A stretch of 64,000 bases of DNA, from NCBI GenBank assembly GCA_005880985.1, contig VBIQ01000024.1, positions 6,429-70,428 of the forward strand, given 5' to 3'. This document shows, one piece after another, positions 26,543-35,868 of the stretch. Each line of letters begins with the position of its first letter. The stretch's first letter is position 1. The notes under the pieces are model-generated. The model made no database searches. It had not been told where the DNA came from and saw only the letters and a list, made by a program, of their open reading frames with translations. The position numbers and the translations under genes are program-made. Origin of the DNA: Chloroflexota bacterium. Lineage in GTDB: Bacteria > Chloroflexota > Dormibacteria > Aeolococcales > Aeolococcaceae.

Positions 26543-28729
26543 ATGTCGAATCAGAGTGTGAGCGATGCCCTAGCCAGGATGGCTTCGGACGAGACGTTTG
26601 CGCAGGCTGTGCGCAAGAACGCCAGGAAGGCTCTGGCCGGCTACGACCTTACCGACGATGAGCAGCGCGCTCTGGCGACGATGACGACAGAGGCTGCCGG
26701 TCGAGCGCCGTCCGCGCTTGGCCAGCGCCTGTCGAAGTCCAGCCTCTTTGGGATGAGCGGCGCTGGTGCGGGAGCGGCCACACCCTCCGCAGACCCCGGT
26801 GTCGTCGGAGACGATGCGCAACCCGGCGGTGACGGATCGACCGCGGGAGGAAACGGCGAGGCGGGTGTCGACGACCAGACTGTCGACTCCGCCCCGATCG
26901 TGCCGGTCGATGCCAGCATGGTCGACGCTCCCACCAGCGATATGGCCGACGCAGCGAATACGGGAACGGTCGGCGACGGTGGCGGGAGCGAGTGGACGAG
27001 TCTGATCGACACCTCATCCGGCGACACCGGCAATGGTGGCGGCACTGGCGGCGACGTGAGCGCGGCTGGAACTGTGGTTGCCGATCCCAGCACGGCCGAC
27101 GTCGACCCGTCAACCGGCGGGTCTGTCGTCGGCGGCGATGTTATGCAGTCTCCGGACGGCCCTGTCGGTCAGACATCCGCCCAAACCGATGACCCGTGGC
27201 AGAGCCTGCTTCACATTGGCTCAGCACCCGATGCGACGGCGCCCGGCCAGTCCGGGGACGCGACGTCGACCGATGCCACGTCGACCGACACCACGTCGAC
27301 TGACACCACATCGATCGATCCGCAGACGGGCCAGCCCGCGGACCTGACGCCGACCGACGGCACTGCCTTGTCCTCGGACCGGGACGGCGCCGTCGATCCG
27401 TCGACGGCGAGTGTGCCTGTGGGCAGTACGGCGGCCTCTACGGATGCCACGGGGACGGACAAGCAGCCCCTGGAGGCAGCGTCCACGGCTCAACCAGTCG
27501 ACGGAGCGCCGACGCACGGAACGGGTACCACTGACGCCACAGGTCACACCGACACCATAGGGAACACGCTGACGGATCAGCAGACGCAGGACGGTGGGGG
27601 TGGCGGACAGCAACCGACCGATCAGCAGTCGACCGATCAGCAGTCGACCGATCAGGCCTCCTCAACCACCCAGACCAACCCCGACGGGACGAGCACCACG
27701 TCGTGGACCGACTCGCAGGGCAACAAATGGGACGTCCATTTCGGGACCGACAACAACCAGTCCAGCTACACGGTGACCCATCCCGACGGTTCGGTCGAAC
27801 AGCACAAGCCGGACGGAACGTGGTTGTCCACGACGGTTCCGCATCCCGACGGTTCGGGTCCCGCGGCATCGCTTCCGAACTCGCACAGCACCCCGGTGTG
27901 GGATGCCACGACCCACGGGTGGCGTGACTCGTACACCGGGCTGACATCGTCGGATGGGACTCACTGGCATAGTGACTATATGGACAACAAGCACAGCGAG
28001 GATGTCACTTCAGTTTCCGACAAGCCAACGACGGATTCGCTAGGGAAACAGGGATCGGTGTCGTACCATGCCGCGCTGAATCAGTGGGTTGACTATCAGA
28101 CAAACGCCCATTGGGACGACAAGGCACAGCATTGGATGATCTCCACAACAGCCCATCCCGGTGGCGAACCGGTTCAGGACAGGCCTCAGGCCGATCCGTA
28201 TGGTCACGCAGGCGGATCTGTAACCTACAACCAGTCCGCCAACAGCTGGTATGATCCCAATGCTCGTGCGTATTGGGACGACAAGACGCATCAGTGGCTC
28301 AGTTCGGACGATGCGACTCACGGACAGCCGTTTGTCGTCAACAAGGCGCCGATGCCCGCGGCGAATCCGGACGGGACCATCTTCGGCTCGTACCATGTCA
28401 GCCACTACGACGCCAAGTCCGGTGAGTGGGTCGACGACTGGACTGGCGCGCACTACCACAACCAGGGCGGCAGTTGGTATGACCCCGGAACCAAGCACCT
28501 CTACACGCCGGGCCAGTTGGAGCGTGACAAATACCCTGAGCTGCCTGACAAGTATGCGCCGGGTGGGCCGGGTGGAAGTACGGGGGATGGCTGGCACGCG
28601 GTCTACGACCCCTACAACAAGCAATGGTACGACCCAACGACTCACGCCACGTGGGATCCGTCTAAGCATGTCTGGAACGATCCGCCGGCAAAGCCGGCAC
28701 CCGCCTCACCGGGTGACGTTCGCCCATGA
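26543..28729 (+). CDS. giant acidic repeat protein with N-terminal Nif11/NHLP-type leader-like domain (paralog 5 of 6); QSTDQQ repeats and W/Y/H-rich aromatic repeats
   Basis: ATG at 26543 is preceded by AAGAGAGGACGTC. The N-terminus MSNQSVSDALARMASDETFAQAVRKNARKALAGYDLTDDEQRALATM...GQRLSKSSLFGMSGAGAG is about 90% identical to paralog 6 over the first ~220 aa. Confidence 0.8.
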   Translation: MSNQSVSDALARMASDETFAQAVRKNARKALAGYDLTDDEQRALATMTTEAAGRAPSALGQRLSKSSLFGMSGAGAGAATPSADPGVVGDDAQPGGDGSTAGGNGEAGVDDQTVDSAPIVPVDASMVDAPTSDMADAANTGTVGDGGGSEWTSLIDTSSGDTGNGGGTGGDVSAAGTVVADPSTADVDPSTGGSVVGGDVMQSPDGPVGQTSAQTDDPWQSLLHIGSAPDATAPGQSGDATSTDATSTDTTSTDTTSIDPQTGQPADLTPTDGTALSSDRDGAVDPSTASVPVGSTAASTDATGTDKQPLEAASTAQPVDGAPTHGTGTTDATGHTDTIGNTLTDQQTQDGGGGGQQPTDQQSTDQQSTDQASSTTQTNPDGTSTTSWTDSQGNKWDVHFGTDNNQSSYTVTHPDGSVEQHKPDGTWLSTTVPHPDGSGPAASLPNSHSTPVWDATTHGWRDSYTGLTSSDGTHWHSDYMDNKHSEDVTSVSDKPTTDSLGKQGSVSYHAALNQWVDYQTNAHWDDKAQHWMISTTAHPGGEPVQDRPQADPYGHAGGSVTYNQSANSWYDPNARAYWDDKTHQWLSSDDATHGQPFVVNKAPMPAANPDGTIFGSYHVSHYDAKSGEWVDDWTGAHYHNQGGSWYDPGTKHLYTPGQLERDKYPELPDKYAPGGPGGSTGDGWHAVYDPYNKQWYDPTTHATWDPSKHVWNDPPAKPAPASPGDVRP

Positions 28730-28839
28730 CGGTGAGGCGTGATCGCATCGTCGATACGGTGCCTGTCGTGATACCCGAGCTCGCTGGGCCCAGAGGCTGG
28801 CACCCGCGACCACAGGGCCGGTAGAAAGAGGGGGACGTC

Positions 28840-31800
28840 ATGTCGAGTCAGAGTGTGAGCGATGCCCTCGCCAGGATGGCTTCGGACGAGACGTTTGCGC
28901 AAGCGGTGCGCAAGAACGCCAGGAAGGCTCTGGCCGATTACGACCTCACCGACGATGAGCGGCGCGCTCTGGCGACGATGACGACAGAGGCCGCAACTCG
29001 AGGGCCCTCCACGCTCGGCCAGCGCCTGTCGAAGTCAAGCCTCTTCGGGATGAGCGGCGGTGGGGGAACGGCTGCACCCGCCGCAGCGCCCGGTGAGCTC
29101 GTGGACGATGCGCAAGGCGGCGGTAACGGAGCGACTGCGGGGGGAAACGGCGAGGCGGGTGTCGATGACCAGACTATCGACGCCGCTCCGGTCGTGCCAG
29201 TCGATGCCAGCATGGTCGACGCGCCCACCAGCGTGATGGCCGAGGCAGCCGATACGGGAACGGTCGGCGACGGCGGCGGCGGGAGCGAGTGGACGAGTCT
29301 GATCGACACGTCGTCCGGCGATACCGGCGACGGTGGCGACGCTGGTGGCGACGTGAGCGCTGGCGAAACCGTGGTTGCCGATCCCAGCACCGCTGAAGTC
29401 GACCCGTCGACCGGCGGATCCTCCGTCGGCGGCGATCCCGTGCAGTCGCCGGACCTTGCTGCCGGTCAGACGTCCGACCAACCTGATGGCGCGTGGCAGA
29501 GCCTGCTCGGCAATGGTAGCGCGACAGCTGAGCCGGCGGTTCTCACGTCGGCGCCCGTCGCCGAGTCCTCGGGTGCGAGTTCTCCCTCTGACGTCGTCCT
29601 GGTTGACGCGACCTACGACACCGGAACCGCCGACACGACCGTGACCGAGTCCGGCGATGGGAGCGACCAGGTGACGGTCGATGCCTCATCACCCGACGCG
29701 ACGGACGCCGCGCCTGCCGATGCCACGTCGACTGACGCCGCTCCGATCGATGCGCAGGCGGGCCAGTCGCTGGATGCGACCTCAACCGACGGCACGGACT
29801 CGACCTCGGGCGGGAATGGCGCCGTCGATCCGGCGATGACAGGCCAGGCAGTGGACAGCACGACAGGCGATACGGCGGGCACCACCGATACCACGGGGAC
29901 GGATCAGCAGCCAGCCGATCAGCAGTTGACCGATCAGCAGTCGACCGACCAGCAGTCGACCGACCAGCAGTCGACCGACCAGCAGCCCACCGACCAGCAG
30001 TCGACCGACCAGCAGCCGACCGATCAGCAGCCGACCGATCAGCAGCCGACCGATCAGCAGCCGACCGATCAGCAACCGATCGATCAGCAGTCGACCGACC
30101 AGCAGTCGACCGATCAGCAACCGACCGATCAGCAACCGACCGACCAGCAGTCGACCGACCAGCAGTCGACCGACCAGCAACCGACCGACCAGCAGAGTAC
30201 CGACCAGCCCACCGACACCAGTGGGGGTGATGGCGGGCACGATGGAGTGGTCGACCCGGCCGGAACTGCCGGTCTGGTGGGGGCCGATGCCGCAGCGCAG
30301 GCTGGTGCCGCGGCGGCTCAGGGTTCGGTTGCCGAGACCGCACAGGGTGCAGGCGCGCAGCCAGCCGCCGCGGGTGCAGTGCCCGCCGCTGTACCGGCCG
30401 CCGCTGCGCCGCCGCCGCCACAGGCTGCCTCGGTACCCGCGGTGCCGGCTGCGCCCACACCGGCTGCGGCCGCACCCGCGCCCGCCCAGGCCGCGGCCGC
30501 ACAAGCGCCCGCACAGGCGCCCGCACAAGCGGCCGCACAAGCGCCCGCACAAGTGCCCGCACCGGCCGCGCCTGCACAGGTGACCCCCGCGCCGGTTGCA
30601 CCCGCACCCGTCGCGCCTGCCGTCGACTACACGAAGGGATTGAACCCATTGCCTCCGGACTCGCCGGACTACATCAAGGAATGGTGGCAGCAGGTCAAGG
30701 CTGGAGACCCGCAGGCCATCCAGAGCTGGCACGACACTATGGGGACTATCGACGACACCGCTCGACACGGGGCGCAGCAGGCTCAAGCTGCTGCCGAGTT
30801 CAAGGCAGCGCAGTCGCAATCGGGGTGGGAGAAGGCAACGCAGTTTGTCGGCGATACGCTCGACAACGCATCGCAGACGGTAAAGGACACAGCTGCCCAG
30901 GCGAGCGAGAAGGCCGGTCAGGCATTCGATGCTGCGGCTCCGACCCTGCAGAAGTTCTCTGACACTGTGTACTCGGCGGGAGCCCAGGCAATCTGGGGTG
31001 ACGAGAGCGCGGCTGCGCAGCAGGCTGCCGAGGCCAAGGGCGGTGCGGTCGACGAGACCAGCCCGACGATGGCGTTCGTCAAGAGTCTCTACAACGAGAA
31101 CTGGTCGGAGGACGCCCTGAAGACACTGGCGCCCGTCGGACAGGGAATCATCGACTTCGGGACCAGCACCGCCCAGAGCATCGCCGACATTCCGCACGGG
31201 ATCGCCCAGTTGAGCACGCTGAGCACCGATGAGGTGAAGGCTCTGATCAAGCCGATCACGGACATCCCGGGCGGGATCGCCGAACTCAGGTCGATGAACG
31301 TCGACGAGCTCAAGGGCACCCTGATGCAGACCCTGGTCGACGGTCTCGAGGCGACGGGGCACCATGACCTTGCCCAGGGAGTGCAGGACGGCCGGCTGGA
31401 TGTTCCGACAGCCTTACTCAAGGTGGGCGACGACGCGATCAAGGACGTCAAGCATTGGACCAACGACCAGGTCCAGATGGCTCGGGACAATCCTGACCAA
31501 TTCCGTCAGGTCTGGGGCCACCGCACCGGGACGCTGATCGGCCAGATCCTGCTGGCGGAGGCGACCGGCGGCGGAGGCGGAGGCGCCGCCGGCGAGGGCG
31601 CGGCCGCGGAGGGCGGCCTCGCTCGCGGAGCATTGGCCGAGGGCACTGCGGCGGAGGGCTCCGTTGCGCGTGGGGCTCTGGCCGAGGGCACAGCGACCGA
31701 AGCCGGCGTGGCCCGCGGTGCTGTGTCGGAAGGGACCAGCGTCGAGAGCGCCGCTGCGCGAGGCGGCGTCAGTGAAGGAGCCGGTCCTCTCGAGCGACCG

Positions 31801-33231
31801 CTCGGCGAGCCGGCAACTCCGACGAGCGAAGCGCCGACGCAGGCCTACCCGAAGGGTGAAGCGCCGACGCAGTCCTATCCGCAGGGCGAGGCGCCGACAC
31901 AGACCTACCCGAAGGGCGAAGCGCCGACGCAGTCCTATCCGCAGGGCGAGGCGCCGACACAGACATACCCGAAGGGCGAAGCGCCGACGCAGTCCTATCC
32001 GCAGGGCGAGGCGCCGACGCAGGCCTACCCGCAGGGTGAAGCGCCGTCCGCACCGCCTGCGAACGAGGGTCCTCTGGCGCCTCCAAAGCTGCCGGAAACG
32101 CCGCACCCGGTGCCGAGCGAAGCGCCGACGACACGCTACCCGAGCTCCGAACCCACCGGTCCCGGGAACACCGAGATGCCGCGTGCGGACGGCAGCGCGC
32201 CGCGCTCAGCGCAGCGATTCGATCCCCAGCAGATCGACCCCACCGGCGACCTAGGCAGGGAATTCGACGCCATGCGCGAGCAGGCGGCGCGCGAGGCGGC
32301 GGGGACTGCGCCACAACCGGAGCTGCCGCCGCAAAGTGTCGAGCCTGCCGGTCCGCAGTCGTCGGAAGGCCCCAGCAACGTACCGCGCCAGGAGCTGCCG
32401 CCGACCGAGACGCGTGCCGTCGATCCGGTGCGGTCTGCGACCACCGAGCGCATCCCGGGCGACGGCGGCACCCAGCCATACAGCGCCGACGAGTTCGCCA
32501 AGACGCAGCAGTGGCAGCCGGGCCAGGATCCTTTCGCGTCACCAGAGGCACCGCAGGGCCCCACCGGCACCCAGCCGTACAGCGCCGACGAGCTCGCCAA
32601 GACACAGCAGTGGCAGCCGGGCCAGGATCCTTTCGCGCCGCCCGACGCGCTGCAGGGCCAGTCCGGTGAGTGGGGAATGGGATTCCAGAACGCCGACACC
32701 ATGCCCGGCTACCAGGCGCTGCCCGACACTCCCGAATGGCTGAACCTCCAGCAGGCCGAGGAGGAGATGGCCACACACCAGGCGACGCTCGATGCCCTGC
32801 GGGCCGAAGGTGTGGACGTCGACGGCATCGTCCAGCGTGGCGGTCTGGATCTCACCGACCCTGCGGACCTGCAAAGAGCGGTCGATGAGGCCATGACTCA
32901 GAGCGTCGACATGGGCAACGTCCAACTTGTCGAGCCGGGCGATCCGGACCTGCAACTGATCAAGGATGCAGCCATGCGACAGGCGGAGGCTGTGGCCAAC
33001 CCGCTGGTGGCCGACACGCCCGCATACCGCGAGCTACAGGCGCAACTGCAACACCGCATGAACGACCCCGCATTCGTCTCCAAGCTGGAGAGTGGGGTAC
33101 AGGTCGTCAGGGACGCCGATGCCGTCACCCACAACCCGATCGCGTCACCCGAAGAGCTGGCGCGCATCCGTGACATGGCAACGGGTGGAGCGGGGTACTC
33201 GCCGATCGATCACACGGGCCCGATCCGCTGA
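28840..33231 (+). CDS. giant acidic protein with N-terminal Nif11/NHLP-type leader-like domain (paralog 6 of 6, 1463 aa); (Q/P)TDQQ(S/P) hexapeptide array, Ala/Pro-rich linker, ~800-aa largely non-repetitive C-terminal region with internal GEAPTQSYPQ decapeptide repeats
   Basis: ATG at 28840 is preceded by AAAGAGGGGGACGTC. The N-terminus is MSSQSVSDALARMASDETFAQAVRKNARKALADYDLTDDERRALATM...GQRLSKSSLFGMSGGGG. The C-terminal region VDYTKGLNPLPPDSPDYIKEWWQQVKAGDPQAIQSWHD... is predicted helical/globular. Confidence 0.8.
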   Translation: MSSQSVSDALARMASDETFAQAVRKNARKALADYDLTDDERRALATMTTEAATRGPSTLGQRLSKSSLFGMSGGGGTAAPAAAPGELVDDAQGGGNGATAGGNGEAGVDDQTIDAAPVVPVDASMVDAPTSVMAEAADTGTVGDGGGGSEWTSLIDTSSGDTGDGGDAGGDVSAGETVVADPSTAEVDPSTGGSSVGGDPVQSPDLAAGQTSDQPDGAWQSLLGNGSATAEPAVLTSAPVAESSGASSPSDVVLVDATYDTGTADTTVTESGDGSDQVTVDASSPDATDAAPADATSTDAAPIDAQAGQSLDATSTDGTDSTSGGNGAVDPAMTGQAVDSTTGDTAGTTDTTGTDQQPADQQLTDQQSTDQQSTDQQSTDQQPTDQQSTDQQPTDQQPTDQQPTDQQPTDQQPIDQQSTDQQSTDQQPTDQQPTDQQSTDQQSTDQQPTDQQSTDQPTDTSGGDGGHDGVVDPAGTAGLVGADAAAQAGAAAAQGSVAETAQGAGAQPAAAGAVPAAVPAAAAPPPPQAASVPAVPAAPTPAAAAPAPAQAAAAQAPAQAPAQAAAQAPAQVPAPAAPAQVTPAPVAPAPVAPAVDYTKGLNPLPPDSPDYIKEWWQQVKAGDPQAIQSWHDTMGTIDDTARHGAQQAQAAAEFKAAQSQSGWEKATQFVGDTLDNASQTVKDTAAQASEKAGQAFDAAAPTLQKFSDTVYSAGAQAIWGDESAAAQQAAEAKGGAVDETSPTMAFVKSLYNENWSEDALKTLAPVGQGIIDFGTSTAQSIADIPHGIAQLSTLSTDEVKALIKPITDIPGGIAELRSMNVDELKGTLMQTLVDGLEATGHHDLAQGVQDGRLDVPTALLKVGDDAIKDVKHWTNDQVQMARDNPDQFRQVWGHRTGTLIGQILLAEATGGGGGGAAGEGAAAEGGLARGALAEGTAAEGSVARGALAEGTATEAGVARGAVSEGTSVESAAARGGVSEGAGPLERPLGEPATPTSEAPTQAYPKGEAPTQSYPQGEAPTQTYPKGEAPTQSYPQGEAPTQTYPKGEAPTQSYPQGEAPTQAYPQGEAPSAPPANEGPLAPPKLPETPHPVPSEAPTTRYPSSEPTGPGNTEMPRADGSAPRSAQRFDPQQIDPTGDLGREFDAMREQAAREAAGTAPQPELPPQSVEPAGPQSSEGPSNVPRQELPPTETRAVDPVRSATTERIPGDGGTQPYSADEFAKTQQWQPGQDPFASPEAPQGPTGTQPYSADELAKTQQWQPGQDPFAPPDALQGQSGEWGMGFQNADTMPGYQALPDTPEWLNLQQAEEEMATHQATLDALRAEGVDVDGIVQRGGLDLTDPADLQRAVDEAMTQSVDMGNVQLVEPGDPDLQLIKDAAMRQAEAVANPLVADTPAYRELQAQLQHRMNDPAFVSKLESGVQVVRDADAVTHNPIASPEELARIRDMATGGAGYSPIDHTGPIR
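29905..30210 (+). repeat. about 25 tandem 18-bp coding repeats ((Q/P)TDQQ(S/P))
   Basis: The DNA units cagtcgaccgaccagcag / cagccgaccgatcagcag alternate head-to-tail. Confidence 0.8.
31828..32050 (+). repeat. about 7 tandem 30-bp coding repeats (GEAPTQSYPQ / GEAPTQTYPK)
   Basis: Direct reading: EAPTQAYPKGEAPTQSYPQGEAPTQTYPKGEAPTQSYPQGEAPTQTYPKGEAPTQSYPQGEAPTQAYPQGEAP. Confidence 0.8.
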
Positions 33232-33254
33232 GCCACGCCGGCAGCCGGCAACGG

Positions 33255-34925
33255 CTACCCGGTGGGGGAGGTATGCGGCGGGAGCACCGGCAGGGGCAGT
33301 CCGTCGTCGAAGTTCTCGCCGCCGCTCGGGGGAGGTGTGGCGTCCGGCGGGCCGCCGCCTCCTGGCTCGCCGGATGCAGCGCCGCCCGATGCGCCCTTGG
33401 CGGCTGCCGCGGCGGCCGCTGCCGCCAGCGCCGCCCCCAGCGCCAGTAGCCCGGCGGCGTTGCCGCCGGCGCCGACCCACCCATCAAGAGCGCGCGCGAG
33501 ATGACCGGCGCCGCTCGGAGACACGTAGAGGCTTCGCGGCACCAACCAGCCGAAGGCAGCGATGACCAGGCTGGACACCGCCGCGGCAGCCAGGAGCATT
33601 GCCAGATGGCGCCGCAGCGGGGCCTGGTCGGCCGCACCGGCGGTGTCGTCCACCCGGCGCTCACCGAGCAGGCCGCGCAGCGCCCAGACGACAGCGACTG
33701 CGGCGACGATGATCAGCCCCAGCGCCACCGGCGAACTGCTCAACGAGGTCGACAGTCTTCCGGGCAACGCGGTGGGACGCAACGCGAAGAAGAGGATTGC
33801 GACGACAGCCAGGGCGATTCCACCGGCGTGCCGCCACGCCCAGTCGGCGAGCGCGTCACGATCCACGGCCGGGATCCAGCTGCCGGTCTCGATCTCCGCC
33901 TCATCGAGTGCCGGTCGCGCTTCGGTCAGGCGCTGCTCGAGAGTCACCGCCTCAGCGGCGAGGGCGGCGTCCTCGGGATGAGCGGCGGCTTGGTCGGCGA
34001 TCATCGCGAACGCCCTGCGCTCCCTGAAGAAGGCGAGGGTGTCGCGCAGCGCGGGCCAGCCGAGTCGCACCCGGAGCAGGGCGACGCCCCAGTGAACGAA
34101 GGTGTCGGTGCTGCCTCGCTCGATGTCGAGGAGCATCTCCGGATGCTGCTCGAGCCGCCGTCTGGCGCGCATCTCCTCGACGATGGCGAAGAGGAGCAGC
34201 GCGATCGGGAGCACGATGAGCTCGAGGCGGCCGTGGTCGGTGAGGTAGTAGAGAATCCGCGGCACGCGCGCGAGGGAGGCGGGATGGTACGGGTTCGCGC
34301 CGGCAGCCGTGGCGATCGCCGCGTCGCGCAGCTGCCAGTTGAAGACGGCATGGTCGAGGGACACCCAGCCGATCGCGAGCACCGCCGGTAACCAGGCAAA
34401 GCCGCTCTTCGGCCGGAGGCGCCGGCCGAGCCCGGCGGCAAGGCCGACCACGCCGGTCCAGACCCCGTGTCCCGCGGCCACCACCAGCCCACCGATGCCG
34501 ATGCGCAGGCCGGCGATGAACGGTGTGACGTCGGCGACGTCGTGCGCGATGGTGCCTCGCGTCAGGGCGCGCAGATTGCTTTCGGCGAACTCGAAGCCGA
34601 GACCGCTGGCCAGGCCGATGAGCGCCAGGTCGGTGATCGTCAGGCGCCTGCCGTCACGCCACACAAACGCGATGAGCAGGACCGGCGCCGCCTTGGCCAG
34701 CTCCTCGACCACTGGGCCGGCCGAGTAGGAGTAGCTCGCGGTCCCCATCCGGATGCTGAGCAGTCGCGCGACGAGCAGCGAGACGGCGGTGGCGCCGATG
34801 CATCCCCAGGCGAAGAGCTGAAGAAATCGCCGCGGAGACACCGTGGTGCGCAGGGCGAGGAGACGGCACTCCGTCCAGAGCAGGAGCAGGAGACCGGCCA
34901 GCTCCAGTGTCGGCCAGACGTTCAT
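33255..34925 (-). CDS. PrsW/CPBP-like polytopic intramembrane protease (putative) with long Ala/Gly/Pro-rich C-terminal extension
   Basis: ATG at 34925 (Met37 of track ORF 33255..35033). It has 8 or more TM helices, an EExxK-type motif (PVVEELAKAAPVLL) and an HxxxN motif (SLDHAVFNW). The FxxxH motif is not clearly conserved, so the assignment is tentative. It is convergent with paralog 6, with stops 23 nt apart. Confidence 0.5.
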   Translation of the reverse strand: MNVWPTLELAGLLLLLWTECRLLALRTTVSPRRFLQLFAWGCIGATAVSLLVARLLSIRMGTASYSYSAGPVVEELAKAAPVLLIAFVWRDGRRLTITDLALIGLASGLGFEFAESNLRALTRGTIAHDVADVTPFIAGLRIGIGGLVVAAGHGVWTGVVGLAAGLGRRLRPKSGFAWLPAVLAIGWVSLDHAVFNWQLRDAAIATAAGANPYHPASLARVPRILYYLTDHGRLELIVLPIALLLFAIVEEMRARRRLEQHPEMLLDIERGSTDTFVHWGVALLRVRLGWPALRDTLAFFRERRAFAMIADQAAAHPEDAALAAEAVTLEQRLTEARPALDEAEIETGSWIPAVDRDALADWAWRHAGGIALAVVAILFFALRPTALPGRLSTSLSSSPVALGLIIVAAVAVVWALRGLLGERRVDDTAGAADQAPLRRHLAMLLAAAAVSSLVIAAFGWLVPRSLYVSPSGAGHLARALDGWVGAGGNAAGLLALGAALAAAAAAAAAKGASGGAASGEPGGGGPPDATPPPSGGENFDDGLPLPVLPPHTSPTG

Positions 34926-34935
34926 CGAGTCGGTC

Positions 34936-35868
34936 TCAGCACGCCGCGGTGACCAAGGAGTTCGCCGCCTGCTGCACGTTGCTGCCGCCAAAGAACCGGC
35001 CGTTTCCCTGGACAGCAATCTGTCGCATCGCATTCATCTGGTCCGGTGAATGATCGATGTCGACGCCGACGGTGTTGACGGCGATGCCCTTGTGCGTCAT
35101 ATCGCTGAGCAGTTCCGGCGGCGGCGAGCTGGCGTCGCCGTCGCCCATGAGAATGACCTGCTTGACCTCCGGCCGGTTGGCGAGCATGTCGCGCGCCTCG
35201 CGGACGTAGGGCTCGTAGCTGCCGGGATCACCGATGTTGATGAACTGCTTGACCAGGTTGTTCTTGGACGTGTCATCGCCCGCCGGCTGGAGCTTGGCCA
35301 GCGGTTTGGCCGCGCTGTCCGGGAAGCCGATGAGGTCGTTCGGTGACAGACGCGAGATGAACGTCTTGGCGGCGTCGAAGACGAGGCTGTTGCTGGCCTG
35401 GTCCTCGACGTCCTCGATGAGGATGATCACCGCAGCGGTCTGCGGCCCGGCGGCGCCGCCTCCGGCAGCGGAGCCGATGCAGGTCCGACAGCTGTCCTCA
35501 TAGGCGGTGAGGCGTGCGGTCGCCAGCGGGCTCCCCGGCGGCGTTCGGGCACCGTGTGTTCCGCTATCCGACGGCGAGGGAGGTGCGTGCAGCTGGACGG
35601 CGACCTGGCAGTAGTCGCCCTTGGTCGGAGCGCCGCCGGTCGGCTTGGAACCGACTCCGGACTTGGGTTGGCCCACCTCGGCGCCGACTATGACGACGAC
35701 CATTCCCAGGATCACCGTCGCCGCGTGGATGTGCCATCGACGGCGGGGACGTGGTCGCGGGGTGGGGCGCCGCGGCCGCGGTCGCGGCGGTGGTTTAGGT
35801 GCGCCGGGTCGCGGCCGCCTCGGGGGGAACCAGGGCGGACGCGGCGGGCGCGCCCCGGGAGGGTGCAC
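34936..35868 (-). CDS. membrane-anchored von Willebrand factor type A (vWA) domain protein; start uncertain
   Basis: The C-terminal vWA fold reads AVIILIEDVEDQASNSLVFDAAKTFISRLSPNDLIGFPDSA...KQVILMGDGDASSPP...GIAVNTVGVDID...AVQGNGRFF. It is preceded by a TM helix (HAATVILGMVVVIVGAEVG) and an Arg/Pro-rich cytoplasmic N-terminus. A GTG candidate start lies at about 35868. The upstream part of track ORF 34936..36867 overlaps the kinase gene through the poly-G tract. Confidence 0.55.
   Translation of the reverse strand: MHPPGARPPRPPWFPPRRPRPGAPKPPPRPRPRRPTPRPRPRRRWHIHAATVILGMVVVIVGAEVGQPKSGVGSKPTGGAPTKGDYCQVAVQLHAPPSPSDSGTHGARTPPGSPLATARLTAYEDSCRTCIGSAAGGGAAGPQTAAVIILIEDVEDQASNSLVFDAAKTFISRLSPNDLIGFPDSAAKPLAKLQPAGDDTSKNNLVKQFINIGDPGSYEPYVREARDMLANRPEVKQVILMGDGDASSPPPELLSDMTHKGIAVNTVGVDIDHSPDQMNAMRQIAVQGNGRFFGGSNVQQAANSLVTAAC

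Noticed and set aside
21700-28700. Calling paralogs 3 to 5 Rhs/YD-repeat toxins
   Set aside because: The YD pairs are present but the Rhs consensus (YDxxGRL, RHS core, PxxxxDPxGL) is not. The evidence is insufficient, so this is kept as a resemblance only.
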